DNA of 64,000 nt from a virus. This document shows positions 18,280 to 26,136 of the stretch, one piece after another. Position 1 is the stretch's first letter; the number at the start of each line of letters is the position of its first letter. The notes under the pieces are model-generated. The model was not told the DNA's origin and searched no databases. It saw only the letters and a list, made by a program, of their open reading frames with translations. A program made the translations under genes and the position numbers. The stretch is from IMG/VR virus record IMGVR_UViG_3300020599_000003, positions 32,001 to 96,000 of that record, one strand, 5' to 3'.

Positions 18280-18527
18280 CCGAGAAGTTCAACCTCTGGG
18301 GTAGACCGTTCACACCAGACAGTGCGTTGACGAGGGCGTTCAACGCGCGTGTCGCCGACACCATCAAGCGTTCTCTGGAAAGCTTCTTGCAGAGCCTGAA
18401 GTTTGCTACAGAGTTCGGGTCGCCTCTGGGCAAAGCACGTACCGATTCGCGTCGAAGTGGACGCGAGGTAAATAGGTCAACCGCAGGCAAGGTAATCCAA
18501 CAAGATGGCGAAACTATCAAGCCCTAG
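18276..18527 (+). CDS. hypothetical protein (83 aa)
   Basis: ATGA coupling; overlaps dnaB start. Confidence 0.5.
   Translation: MTEKFNLWGRPFTPDSALTRAFNARVADTIKRSLESFLQSLKFATEFGSPLGKARTDSRRSGREVNRSTAGKVIQQDGETIKP
18468..18473 (+). promoter_or_regulatory. GTAAAT motif upstream of DnaB
   Basis: 32 nt upstream of ATG 18505. Confidence 0.45.
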
Positions 18528-19821
18528 GACAGAGCTCGCTGTATTGCGCGCAGCCTGTCACCGTGACGAACTGATCAGCGGCACGGTGCTTACCAAGATC
18601 GACGAGTCTTACTTCTATTCGGAGGAGGCTCAGGAAATTTTCGCACTAGCCAAACAGGTCCGTAATCAGACCGGCAAGGCTGTGTCATACAGGATGCTGC
18701 TGGAGCATCCGCAGATCAGCAAGGATGCGGCGAACTTCTTCCGTAATTCCCAGCCGGTCATCAATGATAAGGCCGAGGCCCTGCGTGCCTTGGCGGCACT
18801 CGGTGAATTCCGTCGTCGCAGGTCGCTGGCTGAGATCGCCAACGTCATCGGCGATGCGCTGAACAAGCCCACTGTCAACTCCAAGGAGTTGATGGAGCAG
18901 GCCCAGACTCGCTTGAATCGGGGGCGGGCCAGCAAGGATGACACGGTCCTGGTGCGCTTCGGGCACAAGGACAACGCGGGTGATGTGATCAAGCGACTCC
19001 TCTACGAGGATCGCAGGGACGACATCATCCCCACTGGCTTCAAGACCTTTGACGATGTCAACGGCGGCCTGTTCCGCGGATCCCTGGTCGGCATTGCTGG
19101 GACCACAGGAGGGGGTAAGTCGACTCTGGCCAATCAGCTCGCTGTCAACATCGCCAGCATGGGCTACCCGGTCGACATCCTGCCGCTGGAAATGACCGAG
19201 CTCGAAATGTCGGCGCGTATCACCGCAACGGTGACTCGCTTCGACGCGATGAAGATCCTACTTCAACGCATGACTCGCTCAGAGAAGGCGCTGGTGGAGC
19301 AGCGTATGCTCAAGTGGCGCAAGATGCTCCACCGCAAGCAGTCGTACTACGCGATCCACAAGCCGAAGGAAGATGTCACTATGGAGGAAGCGCTCTCCAT
19401 CATGACGGCTCCGGTCAAGATCATCGACTACATGGGGCTGCTCGCCAACACCGACGGCGAAGACCAATGGAGGAAGCTGGGAGCGGCCACTCGCTACGCC
19501 AAGATCCACGCCGAAGCCACCAACAGTCTGATCATCGTGCTGGCACAGCTTGACCAGCAGGGCGTGATCCGCTACTCGCGCGCTATGGCGGAACACATGA
19601 ACAATCTCTGGGCGTTCGTTGCGAACAAGGACACCCGCGAGGCTGGCATCATCAACATCGAGCAGCAGAAGGCGCGTAACCAGCGCATGTTCTCCTTCTC
19701 GCTGAAGATCGACAGCGACATGATGCGCGTGTACGATCTCCCGAACAACGGTGCCGATTACCAGATGCCGAAGGCCGGTCAGCAGGACGATAATCTGCCC
19801 AATCTTGCTGACACGGTGTGA
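18505..19821 (+). CDS. dnaB: replicative DNA helicase, DnaB family
   Basis: E.AVL N-domain, IPTGFKTFDDVNGGLFRGSL..IAGTTGGGKST, LEM, IIDYMGL, AQL, KARN. Confidence 0.92.
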   Translation: MAKLSSPRTELAVLRAACHRDELISGTVLTKIDESYFYSEEAQEIFALAKQVRNQTGKAVSYRMLLEHPQISKDAANFFRNSQPVINDKAEALRALAALGEFRRRRSLAEIANVIGDALNKPTVNSKELMEQAQTRLNRGRASKDDTVLVRFGHKDNAGDVIKRLLYEDRRDDIIPTGFKTFDDVNGGLFRGSLVGIAGTTGGGKSTLANQLAVNIASMGYPVDILPLEMTELEMSARITATVTRFDAMKILLQRMTRSEKALVEQRMLKWRKMLHRKQSYYAIHKPKEDVTMEEALSIMTAPVKIIDYMGLLANTDGEDQWRKLGAATRYAKIHAEATNSLIIVLAQLDQQGVIRYSRAMAEHMNNLWAFVANKDTREAGIINIEQQKARNQRMFSFSLKIDSDMMRVYDLPNNGADYQMPKAGQQDDNLPNLADTV

Positions 19822-20051
19822 CCATAGAACTCGACCACGAATCTCCTACGTACCGCCGCGCCACCAACGCCGGATGGACGTTTAGTGACGCCACAGTTAG
19901 TCCGGAACCTCGTACTGGCCCGGAGAAAAACATCGCCCTCGGCCCTGTACGTATCGAAGGCGAGCTCCAGTGGGTGTGGTCGCCGACGAAGCCCGCAGCA
20001 GTCACGTCTATTACGGCAAACATGCCGGTTCAATCATTCATCCACAACTAG
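19818..20051 (+). CDS. hypothetical protein (77 aa)
   Basis: GTGA coupling. Confidence 0.55.
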   Translation: MTIELDHESPTYRRATNAGWTFSDATVSPEPRTGPEKNIALGPVRIEGELQWVWSPTKPAAVTSITANMPVQSFIHN

Positions 20052-20060
20052 GAGCATATA

Positions 20061-20618
20061 ATGCCCAGCCCCGCCGCAGAAGCTCACGCGCAAGCCATGG
20101 AAGAGAAATTCGGCCCGGTCAACGCGGCCATCCTCAAGGATGCACCGCCTAGCATTCTGTACACGCATCACGTGATGGCCGTGTACAAACACTATGACCA
20201 ACTCGGCCGCATCGACGCAGTCTCCTACAACCATCACAACTCCAACCCCGTGCTCGCCAAGCTGGTGGACCACGCTTTGTTTGCCATGCGTGCATGTGTG
20301 CAACAGGAAGCCATCGATGCTCCGTACCGCAATGTTCCGGTGGGCGAGCTCCAGGACCACCATCGCATCGCGCTGGAACTGAACGACGTGAACACGGCCA
20401 TTGCCAGTGGTGACTACAACGCCGCAGTCACGGCGGTCGAGACATTCCTGTTCAGCGCGCTCCAGTTGGCCCGCGAGAACATCGAGAAGATCGTGCATGC
20501 CACGCATGGCGCAGCGGGTCGCACCGAGCAGGCCATCATCGAAGATCTGGTCAGCCGGGTCGCTGCCACCAAGACAGGCGGTGGCGTGGCCATCACCGGC
20601 GACCTGAAGGCCGATTGA
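20061..20618 (+). CDS. helical hypothetical protein
   Basis: AGGAG SD; weak MazG-like segment RIALELNDVNTAIASGD. Confidence 0.7.
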   Translation: MPSPAAEAHAQAMEEKFGPVNAAILKDAPPSILYTHHVMAVYKHYDQLGRIDAVSYNHHNSNPVLAKLVDHALFAMRACVQQEAIDAPYRNVPVGELQDHHRIALELNDVNTAIASGDYNAAVTAVETFLFSALQLARENIEKIVHATHGAAGRTEQAIIEDLVSRVAATKTGGGVAITGDLKAD

Positions 20619-21109
20619 TGGCCTACACCGTCGGGTTCACGGGCCACCGCCCTAACAGGCTCGGTAACGTGCCCATGATGAACGGTAAGCTCCGCGCACT
20701 CGCCACGGAGTACCTCCAGAAGAATCCGGTGGAAGCCGTCATTGTGGGCATGGCCCCTGGCTGGGACTTGGCGGCTGGCGAAGCCGCAGTGGATCGTGGC
20801 CTCCACGTCACCGCTGCAGTCCCATTCAAGGGCTACGAAGTCTGCCTGCCGGAACACGAACGGGAACGCTATTTCCACTTGCTCGACCAATGCGACGTGG
20901 TCAAGTATGTGTGCGATCCCGGGCGTGACCCCGAGAAGCTGTTCCGGCGCAACCGCTGGATCGTCGTCCACTCCGACCGCATCTGCGCGCTGCACAGCGG
21001 CGCGATGAGCGGCACAAGCAACTGCGTCAACTACGCGAAGCGAGTTGGCAAACCGATCGACAACCTCTGGGACCAATGGCGATCCCTTCATATGGAAGAA
21101 CCTTCATGA
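20618..21109 (+). CDS. SLOG-superfamily protein (YspA/DUF1273-like)
   Basis: VGFTGHRP, GMAPGWD..A, AVPF, RNRWIV..SD...A...G...GT..CV.YA. Confidence 0.85.
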   Translation: MAYTVGFTGHRPNRLGNVPMMNGKLRALATEYLQKNPVEAVIVGMAPGWDLAAGEAAVDRGLHVTAAVPFKGYEVCLPEHERERYFHLLDQCDVVKYVCDPGRDPEKLFRRNRWIVVHSDRICALHSGAMSGTSNCVNYAKRVGKPIDNLWDQWRSLHMEEPS

Positions 21110-21807
21110 GCAACGCAAGCAACTGGCTGACCCTCTTCACGCTGCAAGCTGCGGCGAACGACACGCTGGCTGGCCCGAACTGGCGCAACGACCCCAAGAC
21201 CTTCGACTACAAGGCCGCTCTGTCGGACGAAGTCGTGGAAGCTCGTCTGGCTGCTGGCTATGCACCGTTCTGGTCTGGTGGCGAGAAGCCCACCTTCGAC
21301 GCCAACAACCTCAAGCTGGAAATCGTCGACATCCTACACTTCCTGATGTCCGACGTCATGCAAGCCACGTCGCGCACGGCTGATCCCCTACCCCTCCTGG
21401 TGGACAACGCGGTCAACGGTTTCCGATTCGCCAAGGTCGAATCCGGATGGGATGCACACATCGCCCACGACTTCCTGGGCTCGGTCATGACCGGCAACAT
21501 CCAGGCCGCGTTCGAAGACTTCGCCCGTCTGTGCGGCGCCGCTGGCATGTCCTTCCCGGAACTCTACGGCAAGTACATCGCCAAGAACGCGCTGAACGTG
21601 TTCCGCAAGTCCATCGGCTACAAGCAGGACAAGTCGGTGAAATACTGGCTCGTCTCGGGCGACGATAAGACCGAGGACAACGCCTTCGTGATGGCGAAGG
21701 TCGACGAGATGGTTGCCAACGGCGACAACCTCCTGGACATCACCTACGATCAGATGGTCGAGATCATCCGCCAGGAGTACACCCGCGTGACGGGCAAGGC
21801 TGCCTAA
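21106..21807 (+). CDS. dut: dimeric all-alpha dUTPase (dUTPase_2 family)
   Basis: EVVEA, LEIVDILHFLMS, Y..KN.LN.FR...GYK. Confidence 0.85.
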   Translation: MSNASNWLTLFTLQAAANDTLAGPNWRNDPKTFDYKAALSDEVVEARLAAGYAPFWSGGEKPTFDANNLKLEIVDILHFLMSDVMQATSRTADPLPLLVDNAVNGFRFAKVESGWDAHIAHDFLGSVMTGNIQAAFEDFARLCGAAGMSFPELYGKYIAKNALNVFRKSIGYKQDKSVKYWLVSGDDKTEDNAFVMAKVDEMVANGDNLLDITYDQMVEIIRQEYTRVTGKAA

Positions 21808-21908
21808 AGGGCCAGCCGCAAGGCGTCTGTAGGACCTCCATTTGGATGGTTTTTACAATGCCAATCGGAGCTAAAACGGCTCCCCTGGGCGGTACTAGGC
21901 CCAAACGC

Positions 21909-21944
21909 AAAAGCCCCTCCCAGGACGTCCTGGGAGGGGCTTTT
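21909..21944. terminator. bidirectional terminator, perfect 36-bp palindrome
   Basis: AAAAGCCCCTCCCAGGACGTCCTGGGAGGGGCTTTT between convergent operons. Confidence 0.9.
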
Positions 21945-21976
21945 CTCATGATGCTATCCGGAGGTCCAAACGGACC

Positions 21977-22462
21977 TTACGGAGCAGTGGTGACCGTGAC
22001 GGTCACGCCCGGCGAGGTCACACCATCCTGCGCAGCAGTGATGGTAGCCGAGCCAGCAGCAACCCCTGTCACCAGACCGGCCGCACTGACGGTAGTGTTC
22101 GCCGGAGTGGCGGAGATCCACGTCGCTGTGGACGTGACGTTCTGTGTGTTGCCGTCGGACAGGGTGGCGATGGCCTTGTAGTAGGTCTCGACGCCGACCT
22201 GTGCGATGGGCGATCCCGCGATGGCGACCGAGCTGACGGTCGCCGGAACTTCGGGGATGACCGGAGTGGGTGCCGGGCCGTGGAAGTCCGGGTCGATGTC
22301 CTTCATGATTGGCTGGAGCTCGTCCTGGAACACGGTGCCGCCCAGCACGAACTGCGAAGCGAGATCCGGCCGGTGCCACCCCATGTAATCCAGGAATGCG
22401 GCGATGTCCGTGCCCGTCCATTCGTCACCCGACGACAGGTTCTGATAGTTGTCCTTGGCCAC
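21977..22462 (-). CDS. virion protein with Ig-like (Big_2-type) domain
   Basis: C-terminal VSSVAI...ATLSDG.TQNVT..ATW.S..PA..TVSA.GLVTGVAAGSATITA. Confidence 0.85.
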   Translation of the reverse strand: MAKDNYQNLSSGDEWTGTDIAAFLDYMGWHRPDLASQFVLGGTVFQDELQPIMKDIDPDFHGPAPTPVIPEVPATVSSVAIAGSPIAQVGVETYYKAIATLSDGNTQNVTSTATWISATPANTTVSAAGLVTGVAAGSATITAAQDGVTSPGVTVTVTTAP

Positions 22463-22515
22463 GGAGGCCTTGATGTCGGCGTAGGTGAACAGATCGATTG
22501 TGAAGAGAACTTACA

Positions 22516-22821
22516 TTATGACTCCTTGGTTTGTTGCATGGCGAAGCCAGTGACGCGCACCACGGGGACCGTGCCATCGACGTCACTGATGGTGATGGAA
22601 GCGAAGGGATCGTCCAGGACGAACAGGGAGTTGACCAGAACCGAGTACGGGGTAGCACCCAGCACGTTCGGGACGATGAGCAGGCTGATCTGCGACTTCG
22701 TGGTGACGCAGACCGCATCAGCCGTAGGAACGGTGATAGCTGCGCCTACCTGAAGTTGGACAAACCGTTCGTAGCAGACCTCGAGGCCCTCGAAGGCGAA
22801 GTGTTTCCTGATGCAGTCCAT
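22516..22821 (-). CDS. small structural-type hypothetical protein
   Basis: Beta-rich ORF in tail cluster. Confidence 0.65.
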   Translation of the reverse strand: MDCIRKHFAFEGLEVCYERFVQLQVGAAITVPTADAVCVTTKSQISLLIVPNVLGATPYSVLVNSLFVLDDPFASITISDVDGTVPVVRVTGFAMQQTKES

Positions 22822-22827
22822 GTAGGC

Positions 22828-23060
22828 TCACTCTTTAACGAAATGCAGGTTGATGCTCACGTTGATATGGCTTGACCCTGAGCCTGTCGCCTGCTCGATG
22901 CCGATGCGGTCACCGGCCTTAAGGGTCACGTCTTCCAGGATGACGGCTGGAACGTACCCTCCGCGCCGTGGATGGAGCTCAGAACCATGAATTGCCTACC
23001 GTCGCTCACGCGAGCGGTGTGGAAGACCACATCGGCCTTCGCACCCAAGGCCGATGCCAT
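22828..23060 (-). pseudogene. frameshifted small gene (about 77 aa if one base restored)
   Basis: AGGAG SD + ATG 23060; frame stops after 44 aa; the -1 frame gives PAVILEDVTLKAGDRIGIEQ...LHFVKE to TGA 22828. Confidence 0.5.
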
Positions 23061-23092
23061 GCAGAGCTCCTAATCAGTGAGTGATGTTATCG

Positions 23093-23440
23093 CTATGAGG
23101 TTGCTTCTCCCTCCTCACCCTCGGAAGAGGGGGCCTCTTCTGCGGGGGGCTCCTCGGATTCGGGTTCCGTGGCGGGCTCTTCAGGTTCCGATTCCGGCTC
23201 GTCCACCTCCGGAACCCAACCTTCGGGTGGCACAATGCGCTGCACCTTGATGGTTTCGGTGGATACCGCTTCCGGGCTCCACTGCACCACGCGGGTGTCG
23301 TAGTGCGGGGACTGGAGGTGCCAGCCATGCAGCAGCTCCATGTCCTCGATGGTGAGAAACGCCTGCACCACTTCGATGGGTTCGTCCGCAGTGCGTGCGA
23401 CCTCCGCCAGCTCGTAGACGCTCGATCCTTCGTACTTCAT
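23093..23440 (-). CDS. hypothetical protein with acidic Pro/Glu tail; possible fibre assembly chaperone
   Basis: Ordered N-terminus plus EPESEPEEPATEPESEE tail. Confidence 0.7.
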   Translation of the reverse strand: MKYEGSSVYELAEVARTADEPIEVVQAFLTIEDMELLHGWHLQSPHYDTRVVQWSPEAVSTETIKVQRIVPPEGWVPEVDEPESEPEEPATEPESEEPPAEEAPSSEGEEGEATS

Positions 23441-23448
23441 AGGGACCT

Positions 23449-24048
23449 CTATCGTAGATTGAAGAACCAGATGATCTGTTGTTGCGTAAGGTCGACAGGA
23501 TCGGTGGAATCACCGAGAACCTCGACCGCGTACCGATGCACGGAATTCGGAGAGGTGTCGTCGCCAAGGACTTCGACCACCGTGCGATTGATTTCCTGCT
23601 CCAGACCCACTACAGCAAGAGCTTCGACCTGGAAGCTGTGTACGAGTGGCGTCTGGATTTCCTCGTAGACGATGTCCTGTTCCAGGGCAACGCCACGAGC
23701 AGCAGGGATCGGATCGAGCTCAACCTCCGCCAGCACCTCGACGGTCACCTTGTTGAACTTGCGCACCAGAGGCGGCAAGGCCAGCACGGAACGGCCTACG
23801 ACAGCAGAGCGGAGTTCCGGCGGCGGCACGAAGGATGTGTCGTCCGCCAGTACCTCCACCTCGACCTGCCGCACCGGCGGATTCTGGGAGGCCATAACGA
23901 GCACGGCCCTCCCAACTACCTTCGCCGAAAGCTCAGGGTACGGGATGAAGTCCGTACCTCCGAGAACTTCGACGCGCACCCCATTGGCTACACCTGACTC
24001 GACGACAACCAGATCCTGGTTGAGCGCCAGGGCTTTTACGTCTGCCAT
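23449..24048 (-). CDS. repeat protein (V-x-V-E-V-L-[AG] repeats)
   Basis: Six copies: VRVEVLG, VEVEVLA, VTVEVLA, FQVEALA, TVVEVLG, YAVEVLG. Confidence 0.75.
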   Translation of the reverse strand: MADVKALALNQDLVVVESGVANGVRVEVLGGTDFIPYPELSAKVVGRAVLVMASQNPPVRQVEVEVLADDTSFVPPPELRSAVVGRSVLALPPLVRKFNKVTVEVLAEVELDPIPAARGVALEQDIVYEEIQTPLVHSFQVEALAVVGLEQEINRTVVEVLGDDTSPNSVHRYAVEVLGDSTDPVDLTQQQIIWFFNLR

Positions 24049-24060
24049 ACTGGTGCTCCT

Positions 24061-26127
24061 TTATGTGGTACGTCCGATACGGATCTTCGCCTGTCCGACT
24101 GAGGTGCGGGTCCATTCGGCACCCGTCTTAGGGTCTTTGTCGAGGTCCTGACGGAGGTACGTCCACGACCCCACGGGCGACACAACATCCTGCGGAGTCA
24201 GCTCTTGCACCACGCCCCCGGACGACACGCCGACCGTGACCTTCATGGCGCTTGCCATCTGCCGGCTGAAGAAGGCTTCCGTCGTCACACCCAGCACACG
24301 ATAGCCCTCGGGTACGACGGTGCCGTTCGTGCTGTACTGATCGCGCTTCGGTGCGCCCTGTTCGGACACGGAGGTTGTGCTGTTCGTAATCGACGGCTGG
24401 GCAACCATCTCGGCGTGAGCAGCACCTTCTACGCTAGGATTCCACTCCAACGGAGTATCGTCCGTGGCCGGAACATCGTAGTAGACGCGGAGGTCCGGAC
24501 CCAGCATGCCAGGATCCTGCGCAATGGGGAACTCCAGATAGACCATATCCGCCGTGTACTGGTTCCACGCCCCTCGCGAGATGCCGAACCAGTTGACTGC
24601 CGTACCCGATGACCAGCTCAGCGTGGTTGTGCGGACCACAACGGAGTCGATGACATAAGTGATCTCCCAGTTGTTGGTGGCCGCAGCGGGCCGCGCAATG
24701 AGTTGGAATTCGTGCCACTGGTTGACTCCGTTGGGAACCGTGGTGGCTACGACTGTCGTGTTCATGGCAACCGTCTGTATGAACGTCGCTGCCGTGTAGG
24801 CCGCATTAGGCGTAAAGCCGATCGGATAGTAGCCAGCGGGTGATCCACCGGTAGTGCTGGGCGGCTGCGAATAGAACAGACCGTTGCAGTTGGTGTTGTT
24901 GCCCGTGTTGGAGCTGGCTCGCGCGGGAGTCGACATCAGCAACTCCCACTTGATTCCGTCCTTGGAGCGGGCCAGCAGGTAGTCGTTCTGCGTGTTGGCG
25001 GGGGAGCAGAGCCAGAACTCACCATTGATGAACTTTAGGCCATCCATGCAGAAGCCCGAGGTGTACGTTGTGAGAGTCGGGAACGGGGTCGCCACCGTCG
25101 TCCAGGTAACCCCATCATCCTTGCTCACGAAGACCTCAGCGTGGCTGTAGGACGCCGCCACGAAGGTGCCATTGCCGTAGGCCACGCCACCCATGTCGCG
25201 ACCGGTCAGTGGGAACGTGCCTGGCGTGAACGTCAGCCCCTGGTCCACTGAGCGCGAATAGGAGCTGGAACGACCGATCGCGATGACCGTCTTGGTGACG
25301 TCCGATGCAGCGATGCCGATAACATCGGTCGAGACGTTCGGGGTCACCGCAGCAATCGACTGCAGATCATCCGGCGACCGCGCGCAGCGCAGGGCCGCGC
25401 CAGCAACGAGCCACACAGCAGTGCCTGGGATGTTGCAGATGGTGTAGATGGGGCCAGCCAACGCAGTCAGGTCCGTGAACGGGCCGTTGATGTTGGTGCC
25501 GTGGTAGATGTGCCCGTTGTCGAAGCCGAACGCAATGCGTCCGTTTCCAACTGCCGAGGACCGCTGCGACGACGAGCCGGTGAAGATCGTCGTTGCCGAA
25601 TACCCGACAGATGGGGTTCCGTGGACAGCCACCATAGCACCGCCGCGCGAGTCAACCCAGACAGCTTCGCCGTTGAAGCCGATGCCGTAGCCTAGCGTGC
25701 CGGACGTGGAGCCGGAGCCGGGCGACAGGACGAAGTTCCAGGCGTCACCGTCGGGGCTCACGCCGATGTAGTTGCCGACAGAGCCCACTGTGGGCATGAT
25801 GTACTGGGAACCATCCCAGATGATGTTGTTGCCAACGGACCCCCAGATCCACGACATCTGCTTCCACGACATGGCAAAGCCGATCTTGTCGGCCCACATG
25901 GAGTCAAGCGGGGTGCGCGACATGGGAATCGCGAGGTAGTCACTAGCCGTACCGCCCGTTCCAGTCGCAGCGGCGGTGCCTGCTGACAGTAGACCCACGG
26001 AACGACCCCCAACGTAGGGGGCCATGCCCGACGAGAAGAAGTCGGAGGAGGCCCCCGACCAAATCCCCATCGTCGAGAAATCGTTCTTGACGCGAGCGCC
26101 GCCGAGGCTCACGAAGTTGTATGCCAT
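24061..26127 (-). CDS. tail appendage / receptor-binding protein with BNR (Asp-box) propeller
   Basis: Asp-boxes VSPDGDAW, RSVDQGLTF, VSKDDGVTW, RSKDGIKW; lectin-like W.E.....YVID segment; family C-terminus. Confidence 0.75.
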   Translation of the reverse strand: MAYNFVSLGGARVKNDFSTMGIWSGASSDFFSSGMAPYVGGRSVGLLSAGTAAATGTGGTASDYLAIPMSRTPLDSMWADKIGFAMSWKQMSWIWGSVGNNIIWDGSQYIMPTVGSVGNYIGVSPDGDAWNFVLSPGSGSTSGTLGYGIGFNGEAVWVDSRGGAMVAVHGTPSVGYSATTIFTGSSSQRSSAVGNGRIAFGFDNGHIYHGTNINGPFTDLTALAGPIYTICNIPGTAVWLVAGAALRCARSPDDLQSIAAVTPNVSTDVIGIAASDVTKTVIAIGRSSSYSRSVDQGLTFTPGTFPLTGRDMGGVAYGNGTFVAASYSHAEVFVSKDDGVTWTTVATPFPTLTTYTSGFCMDGLKFINGEFWLCSPANTQNDYLLARSKDGIKWELLMSTPARASSNTGNNTNCNGLFYSQPPSTTGGSPAGYYPIGFTPNAAYTAATFIQTVAMNTTVVATTVPNGVNQWHEFQLIARPAAATNNWEITYVIDSVVVRTTTLSWSSGTAVNWFGISRGAWNQYTADMVYLEFPIAQDPGMLGPDLRVYYDVPATDDTPLEWNPSVEGAAHAEMVAQPSITNSTTSVSEQGAPKRDQYSTNGTVVPEGYRVLGVTTEAFFSRQMASAMKVTVGVSSGGVVQELTPQDVVSPVGSWTYLRQDLDKDPKTGAEWTRTSVGQAKIRIGRTT

Positions 26128-26136
26128 GATGTTCCT

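Noticed and set aside
20061-20618. Second MazG-type enzyme
   Set aside because: Only a partial, degenerate acidic motif; left as hypothetical.
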